64,000 bases of DNA from Heptranchias perlo (lineage: Eukaryota): the NCBI RefSeq assembly GCF_035084215.1, contig NC_090346.1:16554001-16618000 (forward strand). The letters are read 5' to 3'. Both the position numbers and the translations under genes were made by a program. Positions 1-11,764 of this stretch are shown piece by piece (positions within the stretch are counted from its first letter, which is position 1; every line of letters begins with the position of its first letter). The notes beneath the pieces are model-generated. The model was not told the DNA's origin. It saw only the letters and a list, made by a program, of their open reading frames with translations, and did not search any database.

Positions 1-1419
1 ATTTATCTAATTTTCCCTGCAGCAAAGCATTCTGTGCTCCTCAACCCTCTGTGTAAAGAAATTTCTCCTAATCTCTTGCCTCACTTTCTAGTGACAATTT
101 TAAATTGATTTCCCCTTCCTCACTGAACCTCCAACGAGAGGAAATAATCTATGGCAACCCACTACCATTTGACATACCTCAATTAAATCTTCTCTCAGCC
201 TTCTCTGCTGCAGTGGATACAGTCCCAGTATCTCAAGTCTCTCCTCATAATTAGGTTCCCCCGCCCGCCCCCCCGATCTGTATTAGTGTCTAATTCACAT
301 TCCAGGACTGGTTACCTTCGATTCCGTTGAGTGTCAAGTAGATTTGTCACTAATTCAGGAGTTCGGTGATTGCTAAACGGTTGATTTGTTGTGTGTATAA
401 ATATTTAATCGGCTGCGGGCTGGTTTTAATCTCCCGACTCCTCTAAACCCGTTAGTTCAGGTGCAAACAGCGGGACACTGGGTTTTATTGCGGGATAATC
501 TCGCAGCGCTCCGGGCAATCGCCCTCTCAGCTCCGGGAACCCGCATCGCCCGTGCCCGCTGCAGGACCACTTACTCCGGCTGGTCGGACAGGGCGAACCG
601 CTGGATGTTCCAGCCGGGAATCAGGCTGAGAGACGGGTACAGTCACTCAATCCACCCGGGCAATAAAAAAACTCGGGTTATTAATATTTTAGGCATATAA
701 ATACATAAAATACATTTATCATATACAATTAAAACATTGATAATTTCCATACTTTAATATAAAAACTGAACTATATATATTTAACATTTCTGAACGAAAG
801 ATAATGCAAAAGTTAATTCATAATCATACCAAATATATGGACTATGTACTGTATAAAAACCAATTGAAGTTAATCTATTTCCAATTAATGCGAGTATTTA
901 TAGGATATAGGCTGGAGTTTGCCCAGGTATCTGAGTTTTTATGGGCAGTTTTTTTTGCTAAATATTAATATTAATCAAGGGCCATTTTATAGATTTTTGA
1001 TGTGAAAATTCAGCTTGATTCCATTTGGAATTTCTCTTGTGTCTTACTCAGGACAGGACTGGTCCGGGTAAAATTACAGAGAATCTCACCCCCAGAAACA
1101 GGGTGTCTCTTGTAAATAATATTAATTGGCAGAGTCTGGGCTCTTCCTCTCCCCAAAACTTTACCCCAAAACACCAGACCCGGGGTAAGGTATAACTTTA
1201 AACTGGGACAGAGACTAACAGCAACTCGCACCCAGGACAGGGGGGAAAGGAGAGAGGGAGGGGGAGATCAGCCTCACCTTCTGCTGCTCGAGTCTGTGCA
1301 GTGGGAATGGGACCGGCGCCGCCGAACAGTCTCAACACTGAACAACTACACGGAGACCCGGCTCATCATCAGCGTCACCTCGTCAGCAACTCACTCAGCT
1401 CAAGCAGACGGCGCTGCTC

Positions 1420-1700
1420 CTCACACTCAAACACAAACACACACTCATTCAAAACACACACACTCACTCAAACTCACTCATTCAAAACACACACTCACTC
1501 ATTCAAAACACACTCATTCATTCAAAACACACACACACTCAAACTCAAACTCAAACACACACTCATTCAAAACACACACACTCACTCAAACTCAAACTCA
1601 CTCATTCAAAACACACACTCATTCAAAACACACACACACACTCAAACTCAAACACACACTCACTCATTCAAAACACACACACACTCTCACTCATTCAAAA
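1420..1700. repeat. CA-rich complex satellite (cactcattcaaaacaca), resuming at 2431-2559 and 5704-5730
   Basis: direct reading. Confidence 0.9.
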
Positions 1701-2431
1701 CAATTGTAAACAATTTTACAACACCAAGTTATAGTCCAGCAATTTTATTTTAAATTCACAAGCTTTCGGAGATTTTCTCCTTCCTCAGGCAAATGTTTCA
1801 AGAGCTCCTTGAAGCCTACGCATTTATACATATTGAACAATACATGGTGTTTACAGACTGCCCCTGCAACTGCCCGTTGCCAAGGCAATCACCGTGTTCA
1901 GACAGAGAGGTGTCACCTGCAGAACCCCCGAATACACATTCAACAAAAAAACAAACAGGGAAAGTTCCGCACCCATGAGGACGGCCTCAACCGGGATCTT
2001 GGGTTCATGTCACGCTACACGTTACCCCACCAGCGAACAAATGTTATCTGTTTTTAATATAATGGGTCATTTGCTGGCTCTCTCTGCCTTCCGGATGTTT
2101 CTGCCTCTCTCTGTGTTTTTTTTTCTCTGTTTTTTTTCCCTGTTTGTTTTTTTGTTGAATGTGTATTCGGGGGTTCTGCAGGTGACACCTCTCTGTCTGA
2201 ACACGGTGATTGCCTTGGCAACGGGCAGTTGCAGGGGCAGTCTGTAAACACCATGTATTGTTCAATATGTATAAATGCGTAGGCTTCAAGGAGCTCTTGA
2301 AACATTTGCCTGAGGAAGGAGAAAATCTCCGAAAGCTTGTGAATTTAAAATAAAATTGCTGGACTATAACTTGGTGTTGTAAAATTGTTTACAATTGTCA
2401 ACCCCAGTCCATCACCGGCATCTCCACATCA
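1701..2431 (+). mobile_element. 5'-truncated Penelope-like element with inverted pseudo-LTR copy
   Basis: arms 1701-1963 and 2135-2397 are reverse complements; spacer encodes KFRTHEDGLNRDLGFMSRYT, the same C-terminus as the PLE ORF at ~7680-7741; 3' tail ccccagtccatcaccggcatctccacatca. Confidence 0.88.
2304..2344 (+). ncRNA. Minimal hammerhead-ribozyme-like motif in PLE terminus
   Basis: AUUUGC-CUGAGGA-A-GGAGA aaa UCUCC-GAAAGCUU-GUGAAU; inverted twin at 1754-1794. Confidence 0.65.
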
Positions 2432-2559
2432 TTCAAAACACACACACACTCACTCAGACTCAAACACACACTCTCACTCATTCAAAACACACACACACAC
2501 TCATTCAAAACACACACACACTCACTCAAACTCAAACACACTCACAACACACACTCATT

Positions 2560-5500
2560 CATAGGAACATAGGAACAGGAGTAGGCCATTCAGCCCCTCG
2601 TGCCTGCTCCGCCATTTGATAAGATCATAGCTGATCTGTGATCTAACTCCATATACCTGCCTTTGGCCCATATCCCTGAATACCTTTGGTTGTCAAAAAG
2701 CTATCTATCTCAGATTTAAATTTAGCAATTGAGCTAGTTTCAATTGCCGTTTGCTGAAGAGAGTTCCAAACTGCTACCACCCTTTGTGTGTAGAAATGTT
2801 TTCTAATCTTGCCCCCTACTCCTAGAATCCCCAACCAGCGGAAATAGTTTCTCTCTATCCACCCTATCTGTTCCCCTTAATATCTTATAAACTTCGATCA
2901 GATCACCCCTTAACCTTCTAAACTCTAGAGAATACAACCCCAATTTGTGTAATCTCTCCTCGTAACTTAACCCTTGAAGTCCGGGTATCATTCTAGTAAA
3001 CCTACACTGCACTCCCTCCAAAGCCAATATGTCCTTCCGAAGGTGCGGTGCCCAGAACTGCTCACAGTACTCCATGTGCGGTCTAACCAGGGTTTTGTGT
3101 AGCTGCAGCATAACTTCTGCCCCCTTGTACTCCAGTCCTCTAGATATAAAGGCCAGCATTCCATTAGCCTTATTGATTATTTTCTGCACCTGTTCATGAC
3201 ACTTCAATGATCTTTGTACCTGAACCCCTAAGTCCCTTTGGACATCCACTGTTTTTAACTTTTTACCATTTAGAAAGTACCCTGTTCTATCCTTTTTTGA
3301 TCCAAAGTGGATGACCTCACATTTGTCTACATTGAATTCCATTTGCCACAGTTTTGCCCATTCACCTAATCTATCAATATCGCTTTGTAATTTTATGTTT
3401 CCATCTACACTGCTTACAATGCCACCAATCTTTGTGTCATCGGCAAACTTAGATATGAGACTATCTATGCCTTCATCTAAGTCGTTAATAAATATTGTGA
3501 ATAATTGAGGCCCCAAGATAGATCCCTGCGGGACTCCGCTAGTCACATCCTGCCAATGTGAGTACCTTCCCATTATCCCTACTCTCTGTCGCCTTTCGCT
3601 CAGCCAATTTTCTAACCAAGTCGGTACTTTTCCCTCGATTCCATGGGCTTCTAACTTAGCTAACAGTCTCTTATGTGGGACCTTATTAAATGCCTTCTGG
3701 AAGTCCATATAAATAACATCCATTGACATTCCCCTGTCCACTACTTTAGTCACCTCTTCAAAAAATTCAATCAGGTTTGTCAGGCACGACCTACCTTTCA
3801 CAAATCCATGCTGGCTCTCTCTGATTAACTGAAAATTCTCGAGGTGTTCAGTCACCCTATCCTTAATTATAGACTCCAGCAATTTCCCCACAACAGATGT
3901 TAGGCTAACTGGTCTATAATTCCCCGGTTTCCCTCTCTCTCCTTTCTTAAAAAGTGGAGTGACATGTGCAATTTTCCAATCTAGAGGGACAGTTCCTGAA
4001 TCTAGAGAACTTTGAAAGATTATAGTTAGGGCATCTGCAATGTGCTCACCTACTTCCTTTAAAACCTTGGGATGGAAACCATCTGGTCCTGGGGATTTGT
4101 CACTCTTTAGTGCTATTATTTTCTTCATTACTGTTGCTTTACTTATGTTAATTTTATCGAGTCCCTGTCCCCGATTCAATATTAGTTTTCTTGGGATTTC
4201 CGGCATGCTATCCTCTTTTTCTATTGTAAATACTGACGCAAAATAATTATTCAACATGTCCACCATTTTCCCATTGTCAATGACAATATCCCCACTTTCA
4301 GTTTTTAAGGGGCCAACACTGCTCCTGACCACCCTCTTTTTCCTAATATAACTATAAAAGTTCTTCGTATTGGTTTTGATATCCCTTGCAAGTTTCTTTT
4401 CATACTCTCTTTTTGTAGCTCTTACTATCTGTTTTGTGACCCTTTGTTGATCTTTGTATCTTTCCCATTCGCCAGGATCTGTGCCATTTTTTGCCTTTTT
4501 GTATGCCCTTTCCTTATGTCTTATACTGTCCCTTAACTCTTTAGTTGTCCATAGCTGTTTTTTTTGGCAAGTAGAGTTCTTGCCCCTCAGGGGTATAAAC
4601 GGATTCTGTATCTTGTTAAATGTTTCTTTAAACATTTCCCACTGATCATCGGTCGTTTTACCCATTAACAGATTTGCCCAGTTTACTGTGGACAGTCTCC
4701 GTCTCATCCCATTGAAGTCGGCCTTATCCAAGTCTAGAATCTTAGCAGCTTATTCACTTTTTTCCCTTTCAAACACTACATTGAACTCGATCATATTATG
4801 ATCGCTATTGGAAAGATGTTCACGCACAGTTAGCTGTTAACTAAATCTGGTTCATTACTCATTACTAAATCTAGTATGGCTTGCCCCCTTGTTGCCTCTA
4901 GGATATACTGCTGTAGAAAACTATCCCAGACACACTCAAGAAATTCACTACCTTTCTGACAGTTGCTAGTCTGCTTTCCCCAATCTATGTGAAGGTTAAA
5001 GTCCCTCATTAAGACCACCATGCCTTTGTTACATGCTTGTCTAATCTCTGCATTTATACAATCTAGCACTTCAGAGTTGCTGCCAGGGGTCCTATACACA
5101 ACTCCCACTATCGTCTTAGATCCTTTCCTATTTCTCAATTCAACCCATAAGGTCTCTGTTGGCTGCTTACCTCTCGTTATATCCTCCTTTATCATTGAAT
5201 TGATTTCATCTCTAATCACTAAGACTACTCCTCCCCCTCTTCCATTTTTCCTATCTCTCCTGTAGACCTTATAACCCAGTATATTTAGTTCCCAATCCTG
5301 ACCATCCTGCAGCCATGTCTCAGTAATAGCTATCATGTCATACCCTCCAATTTGAATTTGAATCTGTAGTTCATTTAATTTATTCCTTATACTCCATGCA
5401 TTTGTATATAGAACTCTTAGTTGGGTCACACACCCTAGCCTGACCTTCAGCTTTGATGCTGGGTTAATTGCCTTACGCCTTCTAGTTTTCACTATCTGTA

Positions 5501-5710
5501 GTGTCTAAAGCACACTTTCTTTCTGCTGCTCTACGCTTTTCCCTTTCACTTGTTCTTGAACAACTGTTTGTACTATTTGTATTGTAAATTTCCCCTGGGT
5601 TTTCCCCTCTCTTGCTGCTCTCAACTTTACTCCCTTCTGACTCCCCGCTAAGGTTCCCATCCCCCTGCCACTCTAGTTTAAACCTTCCCCAACAGCACTA
5701 GCAAACACTC
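2560..5710 (-). mobile_element. CR1-clade LINE: end of ORF1 plus near-complete but disrupted ORF2 (APE endonuclease + RT)
   Basis: APE motifs (YTNA, AITETW, ILDLV) at 4830-5492; RT motifs (NYRPVSLTS, GVPQGSILGP, FADD) at 2803-4731; frameshift near 4833, stop near 4750, deletion near 2810; short-repeat 3' tail at 2560. Confidence 0.93.
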
Positions 5711-7309
5711 AAAACACACTCACACTCAAACCGCATAGGTTACCGCATATATAGTCAGACAACAATGCCTGGTGATTACAGATAATCTTTCCAACTGCCC
5801 GTTGTCAAGGCAATCAAAGTGTTCAGACAGAGAGACATTACATACAGGACTACTGAATATACAAACGGTCAGAACCCAACTGGACAACCAGGAACACTAG
5901 AGACGGTTACCCGCAGATCCGACCAAAGAACACACCCACCAGCTCAACAAACTGATCAAGACCTTCGATCCAGACCCTCAAAGCATCCTACGTGCTCTCA
6001 TCCCACGTACTCCCCACGTGGGAGACTTCTACTGCCTCCCAAAGATACACAAAGCCAACACACCCGGATGTCCTATTGTATCAGGCAACGGAACCCCGTG
6101 TGAGAACCTCTCTGGATACGCCGAGGGCATCCTGAAACCCATCGTACAGGGAACCCCCAGCTTCTGTCGTGACACTACAGACTTCCTACAAAAACTCAGC
6201 ACCCACGGACCAGTTGAACCAGGAACACTTCTCACCACGATGGACGTCTCGGCACTCTACACCAGTATCCCCCACGATGACGGCATCGCTGCAACAGCAT
6301 CAGTACTCAACACCAACAGCCAATCTCCAGACGCCATCCTACAACTCATCCACTTCATCCTGGATCACAATGTCTTCACCTTCGATAACCAGTTCTTTAC
6401 CCAAACACATGGAACAGCCATGGGGACCAAATTCGCACCCCAATACGCCAACATTTTCATGCACAAGTTCGAGCACGACTTCTTCACTGCACAGGACCTC
6501 CAACCAACGCTATACACCAGATACATCGACGACATTTTCTTCCTATGGACCCACGGCGAAGAATCACTGAAGAGACTACACGATAACATCAACAAGTTCC
6601 ATCCCACCATCAAACTCACCATGGACTACTCCTCAGAATCGGTTTCTTTCTTGGACACACGAATCTCCAACAACGATGGGCACCTCAGCACCTCACTCTA
6701 CCGCAAGCCCACGGACAACCTCACGATGCTCCACTTTTCCAGCTTCCACCCTAACCACGTCAAAGAGGCCATCCCCTATGGACAGGCCCTGCGAATACAC
6801 AGGATCTGCTCAGACGAGGAGGAACGCGATGGACACGTACAGACGCTGAAAGACGCCCTCGTAAGAATGGGATATGACGCTCGACTCGTCGATCGACAGT
6901 TCCGACGGGCCAGAGCGAAAAATCGCATAGACCTCCTCAGAAGACTAACACGGGACGCAACCAACAGAGTACCCTTCGTCATCCAGTACTTCCCTGGAGC
7001 GGAGAAACTACGTCATGTTCTCCGCAGCCTTCAACATGCCATCGATGACGACGAACACCTCGCTAAGGCCATCCCCACGCCTCCACTACTCGCCTTCAAA
7101 CAGCCACCCAACCTCAAACAGACCATCGTTCGCAGCAAATTACCCAGCTTTCAGGAGAACAGCGTCCACGATACCACACAACCCTGCCACGGCAACCTCT
7201 GCAAGACATGCCGATCATCGACACAGATACCACCATCACACGAGAGGACACCACCCACCAGGTACATGGTTCATACTCCTGTGACTCGGCCAACGTTGTC
7301 TACCTCATG

Positions 7310-7445
7310 CATAAGAACATAAGAAATAGGAGCAGGAGTAGGCCAATCGGCCCCTCGAGCCTGCTCCGCCATTCAATAAGATCATGGCTGATCTGATCCT
7401 AACCTCAAATCTAAATTCATGTCCAATTTCCTGCCTGCGATTTCC
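7310..7445 (-). mobile_element. Short CR1 3'-end insertion inside the PLE endonuclease domain
   Basis: cataagaacataagaaataggagcaggagtaggcc tail interrupts VVYL|CRKGC; near-identical to 33092-33198. Confidence 0.8.
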
Positions 7446-7995
7446 TACATTGCAGGAAAGGATGCCCCGGAGCATGGTACATTGGCGAGACCATGCAGAC
7501 ACTGTGACAATGGATGAACGGACACCGTGCAACAATCGCCAGACAGGAGGGTTCCCTCCCAGTCGGGGAACACTTCAGCAGTCATGGACATTCAGCCACC
7601 GATCTTCGGGTAAGCGTTCTCCAAGGCGGCCTTCGAGACACACGACAATGCAAAATCGTTGAGCAGAAATTGATAGCCAAGTTCCGCACCCACGAGGATG
7701 GCCTCAACCGGGATCTTGGGTTCATGTCACGCTACACGTAACCCCACCAGCGAAAAAAGAGTTATCTATTTTTAATACAACTGGTCATTCTCTCTCTTTC
7801 TCTTCCTTTCGGATGTTTCTCTCTCTCTCTCTGTCTTTGGGTTCTGACCGTTTGTATATTCAGTAGTCCTGTATGTAATGTCTCTCTGTCTGAACACTTT
7901 GATTGCCTAGACAACGGGCAGTTGGAAAGATTATCTGTAATCACCAGGCATTGTTCTCTGACTATATATGCGGTAACCTTCAAGAAATCCCACAC

Positions 7996-8032
7996 TCACC
8001 TGATGAAGGAGAAAGCCTCCGAAAGCTTGTGA
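7996..8032 (+). ncRNA. Minimal hammerhead-ribozyme-like motif in PLE terminus
   Basis: UCAC-CUGAUGA-A-GGAG aaagc CUCC-GAAAGCUU-GUGA. Confidence 0.7.
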
Positions 8033-8625
8033 TTTTCAAATAAAACTGTTGGACTATAACCTGGTGTTGTAAGATTCCTTACATTTGTCCACCCCAGTCC
8101 ATCACCGGCATCTCCACATCACCCCTACCCAGGCAGCACTGACTCTCGCTGAGGTGCAGTTCCACGGACACTGGGATGCACTTCAGGGCCTCGACCCACG
8201 CGGCCGTTATACGCCTTGCCCTCAGGGAGGAAACCTGGGATCTTCCGGTATGTACACTTCAGTGGGGGAAGCCCTGGCTTTAAGTCGGATTGTGGTTCAG
8301 CTGCAGGTGGAGTTGGAAGCATTTTCGGTACTCCTCTCCCCTCCCCTCTACCCCTCCCTCTCTTCCTCTCCCCGCTCCCTCCCTCCCTCTCCCCCACCCC
8401 TCTCCCCACTCTGTGCTCCCCCCTCTTGTTTTTGGTTTTGCCTGAACTTTGACCTATTTGTGAGACACACTTTTTTCCACACAGGAAGAGGGGACGCCTG
8501 GCCTCAGCTAGCACTGAGTGAGAAAGGGAAGATTGAGAGATGCAATGCGAGTCAGATCTCCAAACTGCTGAAGACATTATTATCAATGAGCTACTTAACC
8601 TGGACCACAGCTGGATAAAAAATGA

Positions 8626-9057
8626 AAAGAAACACTTGTATTTATACAGTGCCTCTCATGGCCTCAGGATGTCCCAAACCGTTTTACACCCAATGAAGTA
8701 CTTTTTTGAAATATAGTCACTGGTTATAATGTGGGGAACGCGGCAGCCAATTTGTACACTGCAAAATCCCACAAACAGCAATGAGATAATGACCAGATAA
8801 TCTGTTTCAGTGATATTGGTTGAGGGATAAATAAAGACACTGGGGAGAACTCTGGTTCTCATGGGATCCTTCACATCCATCTGAGAGGGCAGACGGGGCC
8901 TCAGTTTAATGTTTCATCTAATAGATGGCACCTCTGACAGTGCAGCACTCCCTCAGTACTGCATTGAGAGTGTCAGCCTGGATTTTGTGCTTAAATCTCT
9001 GGAGTGGGACTTGAATCCATAACCTTCTCTGAGGCGAAAGTGCTACCCACTGAGCCA
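8626..9057 (-). mobile_element. DeuSINE-type (SacSINE1-like) tRNA SINE
   Basis: tRNA-like head, central ggtgccatct...gatgtgaaggatcccatg core, L2-like tail; homologous to 26435-26880. Confidence 0.7.
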
Positions 9058-9379
9058 ATAAGAGTTAACAAGTCCCACACAAGATAGTTTGGTCCTCATC
9101 AGAGTATGAGAGGAACACTGTGTCAGTGAAGCAATGAATTCTGCACCAGTGAAACCTGTCTGGTAAGGAGCTGATTGAATGTTGCACTGATAGAGATGGT
9201 TGAGCAGGTATCTATGGAATGCAACTGATCAGGGTTGAGGAGAGTGAATTGCAGATTGAGCCTGAGATCTCTGAGTTTGTGTCCCTCAGGGGGACACGTA
9301 TTGTTCAGGGTTCCATCATTTTGGTAGTTTTCCCTGGGGCTGTTCACAGATTGATACAGACTCGATTTACATCACACTT

Positions 9380-10205
9380 TTCACATCCTCAGGACGTCCC
9401 AAAGCACTTCACAGACAATTAATTACTTTTGAAGTGTAGTCACTGTTGTTTTGTACACAATTGTGACAGCAAATTGGTGCACAGCAAGATCTCACATACA
9501 ACAAATGAACGAGTAACTAGATAAGCAGTTTTAGTGGTGTTGGTTGAGGGAAGAATTTTGGCAGCGTGCTGGGACAACCCCCTGCCCTTTGAATACTGCC
9601 ATGGCCCCTTTAAATGCACCTGAACAGGCAAATGGGGTCTTTTAATGTATCATTTGAAAGACGGCACCTCCAATAGTGCAGCTCTCCCTCAGTACTGACC
9701 CTCGAACAGTGCAGCCCTCCCTCAGTACTGACCCCCCCACAGTGCAGCGCTCCCTCAGTACTGACCCTCCCACAGTGCAGCGCTCCCTCAGTACTGACCC
9801 TCCCACAGTGCAGCGCTCCCTCAGTACTGACCCTCCCACAGTGCAGCGCTCCCTCAGTACTGACCCTCCGACAGTGCAGCCCTCCCTCAGTACTGACCCT
9901 CCCACAGTGCAGCGCTCCCTCAGTACTGACCCTCCCACAGTGCAGCGCTCCCTCAGTAATGACCCTCCGACAGTGCAGCGCTCCCTCAGTACTGACCCTC
10001 TGACAGTGCAGTGCTCCCTCAGTACTGACCCTCTGACAGTGCAGTGCTCCCTCAGTACTGACCCTCCGACAGTGCAGCGCTCCCTCAGTACTGACCCTCC
10101 CACAGTGCAGCTCTTCCTCAGTACTGACTCTCCGACAGTGCAGCTCTCCCTCAGTACTGCACTGGGAGTGTCGACCTGGATTTTGTGCCCAAGTCGAACC
10201 CTGAG
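9380..10205 (-). mobile_element. DeuSINE-type SINE with an internal segment amplified into a tandem array
   Basis: SINE tail and core at 9380-9675, array, then SINE sequence resumes (gcactgggagtgtc) at ~10159. Confidence 0.7.
9674..10160. repeat. 33-bp tandem repeat (acagtgcagcgctccctcagtactgaccctccc), ~14-15 copies
   Basis: 11-aa periodic ORFs; direct reading. Confidence 0.95.
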
Positions 10206-10625
10206 TCGAGCATTCTTTGTGTAAAGAGCTTCTTGACATTAGTCCTATGTTTGCCTTTCCTCAGTGTGAACCTGAGCTCTCATTTCCCGGCTGATTAAAT
10301 AAGTGCGGGGCAGTGCCCAAGGAACTGATTGTCGGGCTCGAGGGACATTTCTTTCCTCAATCCGTACTTATGTTAAATTGAGAGGAATGCAGAGTGACCT
10401 ATCACCATCTGTTGCTGAGTGTTGACACTGTGACAGTTGCACAAAACCATCCCGTCGTGAATGAGCTGAGGATGAAATCACAGACCCTCCCCAGGCAACT
10501 TGTCCTGTCACGGGAAATAGAGTGATGGCAATGGGCAGAACTCTTTTTAAAAAAAGATGGAGAAACGCCAGAGCTGCCTGAGACCATCGGTTACCTTTTG
10601 CAAATGGTTGAAGTTGAATTCTGTT

Positions 10626-11040
10626 CATAGAGCTGTACAATACAGAAGGAGGCCATTCGGCCCATTGTGCCTGTGCCGGCTCTTTGAAAGAGCTATCCAA
10701 TTAGTCCCACACCCCTGCTCTTTCCCCGTAGCCTTGCAAATTTCTCCTTTTCAAGCACAGTATAAACCCAATTCCCTTTTGAAAGTTATTATTGAATCTG
10801 CTTCCACCGCCCTTTCAGGCAGAGCATTCCAGATCATAACAACTCACTGCGTAAAAAAATTCTCCTCCTCTCCCATCTGGTTCTTTTGCCGATTACCTTA
10901 AATCTGTGTCCTCTGGTTACTGACCCTTCTGCCGCTGGAAACAGTTTCTCCTTATTTACTCTATCAAAACTGTTCATGATTTTGAACACCTCTATCAAAT
11001 CTCCCCATAACCTTCTCTGCTCTAAGGAGAACAACCCCAG
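10626..11040 (-). mobile_element. CR1 3' fragment
   Basis: LGLFSLEQRRLWGDLIEVFKIM...TRGHRFK plus CR1 tail. Confidence 0.85.
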
Positions 11041-11318
11041 ATCTTGGAACAAGTTTATAGCCTATTAGATATTCCTTGCCAGAGATTCTCATCTGACCTG
11101 TTGTCGATGTCTGTGGAGTTTGTGAATGGGGACTGGAGGAACGTATGTCAGGGAGTATCACAAAACTAAGGAGCAGCATAAAACCCAGACCTAGAATTCT
11201 CCACCAGCCTGAGGACACAACAAAAACTCATCTGTGTTTTAAACAGAAAGTCAAACTGAGACACACACACGGGCCGTACAGTACCAGACAGGCTTAGAAA
11301 TCAGGCTTGTAAATCCCA

Positions 11319-11446
11319 TTTATTTTTACAATAGACACCTGTTGGACTGTGCTACAGCAGCAAGCTAACAATAGCCTTCTACCCTCAAAATATATGTACA
11401 ATCCGTGGCTTTTGTTACATGGCAACAATTTGAAATGGCATTTATT
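11319..11446 (-). terminator. Candidate SCNN1G polyadenylation signals
   Basis: AATAAA on the minus strand at 11446-11441 and 11324-11319, 320-450 nt after the stop codon. Confidence 0.4.
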
Positions 11447-11764
11447 ACCAAACGCAAAGATAGAAGATACGAAGACTATGTACAGTTTCTGGAATTATGG
11501 AATTATTTGCTCTGAATGATTGGGTTACACAAGCCCCTCCCCCAACACAGACCCCTCCCCCTCCCGACATGGGCCCCTTCCCCTGACACAGGCCCCCTCC
11601 CCCCACAGACCCCTCCCCTCCCAACAGACTCCGCCCCCTCCCCGACAGACCCCTCCCCCGACACCGTCCCCTCCCCCGACACTGTCCCGCCCACTTCCTC
11701 CCAACACAGGCTCCTCCTCTTTGGTCTTCCCAGGCCTCCCCCAAACACCCATCCAACACCACAA

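Larger units (their letters stand above)
5737..8121 (+). mobile_element. Penelope-like retroelement (RT + GIY-YIG endonuclease), 5'-truncated and disrupted
   Basis: RT 6018-~7210 (LPKIHK, DVSALYTSIP, GTAMG, RYIDD); GIY-YIG remnants (NVVYL...WYIGET, GEHF); frameshift ~7212; inverted copy of 7837-7979 at 5737-5879; same 3' tail as the 1701-2431 element. Confidence 0.93.

Noticed and set aside
2560-8121. Active autonomous CR1 or PLE copies
   Set aside because: Both are 5'-truncated and carry frameshifts, stops, a deletion or an insertion
9610-10239. Periodic Cys/His ORFs resembling zinc fingers (STEGALHCGRV)n
   Set aside because: By-product of the SINE-derived 33-bp array
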